A stretch of 64,000 nt of DNA from Candidatus Eiseniibacteriota bacterium (lineage in GTDB: Bacteria > Eisenbacteria > RBG-16-71-46 > CAIMUX01 > VGJL01). The DNA lies in assembly GCA_016867495.1 (NCBI GenBank), contig VGJL01000005.1, forward strand, positions 720-64,719. The letters run 5' to 3'. The position numbers and the translations under genes are program-made. The notes below the pieces were generated by a model that saw nothing but the letters and a program-made list of their open reading frames with translations, searched no databases and was not told where the DNA came from. Positions 61,052-64,000 of this stretch are shown in pieces. Position 1 is the stretch's first letter. Each line of letters starts with the position of its first letter.

Positions 61052-62644
61052 GTGATGGCGTCGGACTTCCTCGTCGTCGGGTCCGGGATGGCCGGATTGC
61101 TTTTTGCAATGGAGGCTTCCCGTCATGGTTCCGTCACGATCTTGACGAAGCGGTCGGGAGCCGAGTCGAACACGGTCTGGGCGCAAGGCGGAATCGCGGC
61201 CGTCATGGGCGACGACGACGCGCTCTCTCTCCACGCACAGGACACGCTCGCCGTCGGCGGCGGCCTCGCGCGGCCGGAGGTCGTCGAGATCGTCGTGGGC
61301 TCCGGCCCTGCTCTGATCCGTCGCCTCGAATCGCTCGGCATCGTCTTCTCGCGGGACGCTGGGGGCGCCCGCCTGGCCCTCGGCCGGGAAGGGGGGCACG
61401 GCAGACGCCGAGTCGTTCACTCGGGCGACTCCACGGGCCGACGGATCCAGGAGACGCTATTGGCTCGAGCCCGGGAGAATCCGCGCATCAGGATCCTGGA
61501 GAACCACTTCGCCGTGGACATCATCCGCAGCGCGAAGATCCGGCCCGGTTCCGAGGACGCTGCCGTCGGCGTCTATGCGCTCGACGGCAAGACGCGAGAG
61601 GTTCTTCCTTTCGCGGCGCGCATCGTCGTGCTGGCCACGGGAGGCTGCGGCAAGGTCTACCGCTACACGTCGAACCCCGATCTCGCTACAGGGGACGGGA
61701 TCGCGATGGCTTACCGCGCGGGTTGCAGGGTCGCCAATCTCGAGTTCATGCAGTTTCATCCGACCTGCCTCTATCACCCCGAAGCCAAGAACTTCCTGAT
61801 CTCAGAGGCTGTGCGCGGGGAAGGCGCCACGCTGACATCGGTCACGGGAGAGAGGTTCATGAGCTCCCACCCGATGCAGGAGCTGGCGCCGCGGGACGTG
61901 GTCGCGCGGGCGATCGATCGGGAGATGAAGGAGCGGGGGAAGCACCACGTCCTGCTCCACCTCGAGCATCTGGACGGCGACAGGCTGCGGGCGCGCTTCC
62001 CGGGAATCTACGAAACGTGCCTGCGCTTCGGGATCGACTTCACCCGTCAGCCGCTCCCCGTCGTTCCCGCGGCGCACTACATCTGCGGCGGAGTTGTCGT
62101 CGACCCGTGGGGCGCGTCCGATCTGCCCGGCCTCTTTGCCGCGGGAGAGGTCGCCCACACCGGTCTCCACGGCGCCAACCGCCTGGCGAGCAACTCCCTG
62201 CTCGAAGCGGGCGTCTTCGCCCTTCGCGCTGCCGAGGAGGCGGGCAGACGGCTGCCGGGGATCCGTCCGGTCGGCGATCTTCCGGCATGGGAGATCGGGG
62301 CGGCGAGCCTGCCGAAGGAGTCGGTCCTGGTCGACGCCCACTGGGACCTGGTCAGAAGGCTGATGTGGGACTTTGTCGGCATCGTGCGCACCGACCACCG
62401 CCTGGAGTTGGCCCGTCGCTATATCGAACTCGTGCGGGGATCGATCGAGTCCTACTACTGGGACTTCGTCCTCGACCCCGATCTGGTCGAGCTGCGCAAC
62501 GTAGCTCTTGTCGCGGAGCTCATGGTCCAGAGCGCGGTCCGCCGAAGCGAGTCGCGCGGTCTCCACTACAACCTGGACCACCAGGAGGCGCGGGAGGACC
62601 CGCCCCGCGACACGGTGCTGCGGACGCCGGGCCCGGAAGCGTAA
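61052..62644 (+). CDS. nadB: L-aspartate oxidase
   Basis: GSGMAG, AQGGIA, REGGH, QFHPT, LISEAVRGEG, APRDVVAR, HGANRLASNSLLE. Confidence 0.96.
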   Translation: MMASDFLVVGSGMAGLLFAMEASRHGSVTILTKRSGAESNTVWAQGGIAAVMGDDDALSLHAQDTLAVGGGLARPEVVEIVVGSGPALIRRLESLGIVFSRDAGGARLALGREGGHGRRRVVHSGDSTGRRIQETLLARARENPRIRILENHFAVDIIRSAKIRPGSEDAAVGVYALDGKTREVLPFAARIVVLATGGCGKVYRYTSNPDLATGDGIAMAYRAGCRVANLEFMQFHPTCLYHPEAKNFLISEAVRGEGATLTSVTGERFMSSHPMQELAPRDVVARAIDREMKERGKHHVLLHLEHLDGDRLRARFPGIYETCLRFGIDFTRQPLPVVPAAHYICGGVVVDPWGASDLPGLFAAGEVAHTGLHGANRLASNSLLEAGVFALRAAEEAGRRLPGIRPVGDLPAWEIGAASLPKESVLVDAHWDLVRRLMWDFVGIVRTDHRLELARRYIELVRGSIESYYWDFVLDPDLVELRNVALVAELMVQSAVRRSESRGLHYNLDHQEAREDPPRDTVLRTPGPEA

Positions 62645-62649
62645 GGCGC

Positions 62650-63015
62650 ATGAGCGCGACCGAGTTCCTCGAGAAGATCGAGCAGATCGCGGAGGCGTCG
62701 AGTCGCTACAGGACGCAGGCGTTCTTCTTCGTGCTGAGAAGCCTGGAACATTGCCGCCAGAGATTGGGTCGAGAGGGGCACGTCACCGGGCGGGAGCTCG
62801 CGGAGGCTGCGCGCGATCTGGCGATCGGCGAGTACGGGCCGATGGCAAAGACCGTTCTCAATGACTGGGGGATCCGATCCACTGAGGACTTGGGCCGCAT
62901 CGTCTATCTCCTCATCGATCACGAGATCCTGGGCAAGACCGAAGAGGACTCCCCCGACGACTTCCGGGAGGTCTTTGACTTCGATGCCGCCTTCGTGCGC
63001 GACTACCGCTGGTAG
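62650..63015 (+). CDS. Minf_1886-like conserved hypothetical protein
   Basis: HVTGREL...YGPMAKTVLNDWGIRSTEDLGRIVY.L...DS..DF..VFDF pattern. Confidence 0.75.
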   Translation: MSATEFLEKIEQIAEASSRYRTQAFFFVLRSLEHCRQRLGREGHVTGRELAEAARDLAIGEYGPMAKTVLNDWGIRSTEDLGRIVYLLIDHEILGKTEEDSPDDFREVFDFDAAFVRDYRW

Positions 63016-63973
63016 CGGCGGACGAACTCTCCTGGCGCGTCTCCATTCGCTGGGGGATGTGGTCCTGACCACCGGCCTCGTCCCCATCCTCGCGGGGCGC
63101 GGCGAGACAGTCGAGATCCTGACGGACCCGGCCTACGATCCGGTCTTCGAGGGTCTTCCTGTCGCCCGCGTCTGGCACCGCGACACGATCCGATCGGCCG
63201 GAAGCTTCGATTCGGTCGTCGACCTTCAGGCGAACGCGACGTCGCGGCGCCTCCTCCTCGGGCTAGGACCCCGCCGGCGGGCCAGCAGCCGGTCCCTCGC
63301 CAGGCGCTGGATCGTTCTATGGGGGCGGAGGGCTCCCCTGCCGGTCGTGCCCCACGCGGTTGGCCGTTATGCCGAGGCCGCCGGCTTCGGGGGGGCCGAG
63401 AGCGAGCTTCGGCCGCGCCTCGCGGTCACCGAGGCCGACCGGGCGGAGGCCGCCCGGCATGCCTGGGCCATGGAGACCAGCGCGCGACCCTGCGTCGGGC
63501 TTGCCGTCGGAGCCTCCAGGAGGATGAAGCGCTGGCCCGAGGCGAAGTTCGACCTCCTGGAGCGATCGCTGGCGGAGATCGGCCTCGGCAGCTTACGATT
63601 CATCGAGCCTCGCCCCGGGGAGAGCGATCGGCGCTTTCCGGGCCCGGGTCCCGTTCGCGCGGGACTGCGGGAGCTCAAGGCCCTGGCTAGTCGCTGCAAG
63701 GCCCTTGTGACGAACGACTCGGGCGTCATGCACCTGGCGGTGGGGCTTGGGGTCCCCGTGGTCGCCATCTTCGGTTCGACCGTGACGAATCTGGGGTTCG
63801 GGCCGCTGGGGGAGCGCGACGTGGTGGTCGAGAGAGATCTAGCCTGCCGCCCCTGCGCAGTCCATGGCGCGCGCTACTGCTGGCAGGGGCACGAGAGGTG
63901 TCTACGGGAGATCGAGCCGCGGGATGTCCAAGCAGCGGTCGTGCGCATCCTTGGACGGAGCCCGCTGAAATGA
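62984..63973 (+). CDS. Glycosyltransferase family 9 (LPS heptosyltransferase-like)
   Basis: SLGDVVLTT, KRWP, NDSGVMHLA...VVAIFG, C-terminal CRPC; start uncertain. Confidence 0.88.
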   Translation: MPPSCATTAGSGGRTLLARLHSLGDVVLTTGLVPILAGRGETVEILTDPAYDPVFEGLPVARVWHRDTIRSAGSFDSVVDLQANATSRRLLLGLGPRRRASSRSLARRWIVLWGRRAPLPVVPHAVGRYAEAAGFGGAESELRPRLAVTEADRAEAARHAWAMETSARPCVGLAVGASRRMKRWPEAKFDLLERSLAEIGLGSLRFIEPRPGESDRRFPGPGPVRAGLRELKALASRCKALVTNDSGVMHLAVGLGVPVVAIFGSTVTNLGFGPLGERDVVVERDLACRPCAVHGARYCWQGHERCLREIEPRDVQAAVVRILGRSPLK

Positions 63974-64000
63974 CCGGCGGGGGACCGCTGGAGATCGCCG
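63970..64000 (+). CDS. Start of the next gene (3' partial, unidentified)
   Basis: ATGA overlap with the GT9 stop; MTGGGPLEIA runs to the window edge. Confidence 0.35.
   Translation, partial: MTGGGPLEIA

Overview
High-GC (visually about 70%, not computed) core-genome region of a diderm bacterium, with about 50 genes, all but three on the + strand. The FlgD-Ig/T9SS-like C-terminal tails, the fused LpxC-FabZ and the mcsA-mcsB-clpC-bamA-skp-lpx order suggest a Gemmatimonadota/Eisenbacteria/Latescibacterota-like (FCB-adjacent) lineage; this is an inference. Content: purine synthesis (purC, purH, guaA; purB, purL, purQ, PurS-like, purF), comEC, a lytic transglycosylase, secA, topA, xerC, argF, dapF-dapA-dapB, asd, rpsT, lnt, rlmI, truA, transaldolase, HtrA, LolCE/LolD, McsA-McsB-ClpC, BamA, Skp, a lipid A cluster (lpxD, lpxC-fabZ, lpxA, GnnA-like oxidoreductase, lpxB, DUF374/LpxJ-like, waaA, lpxK), nadB and a GT9. 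No rRNA, tRNA, CRISPR array or mobile element was recognised. Most notable: mcsB is interrupted by an in-frame TGA explained by two compensating 1-nt indels; the arginine-kinase/ClpC module is translationally coupled inside a 26 kb, 22-gene envelope/purine run; a single-chain tandem PurS; a four-Cys insert in the SecA variable region; and two secreted enzymes with T9SS-like tails, one a ~1675 aa putative glycoside hydrolase with ten FN3 repeats. I found no clearly new self-contained system; the findings are candidates to test.
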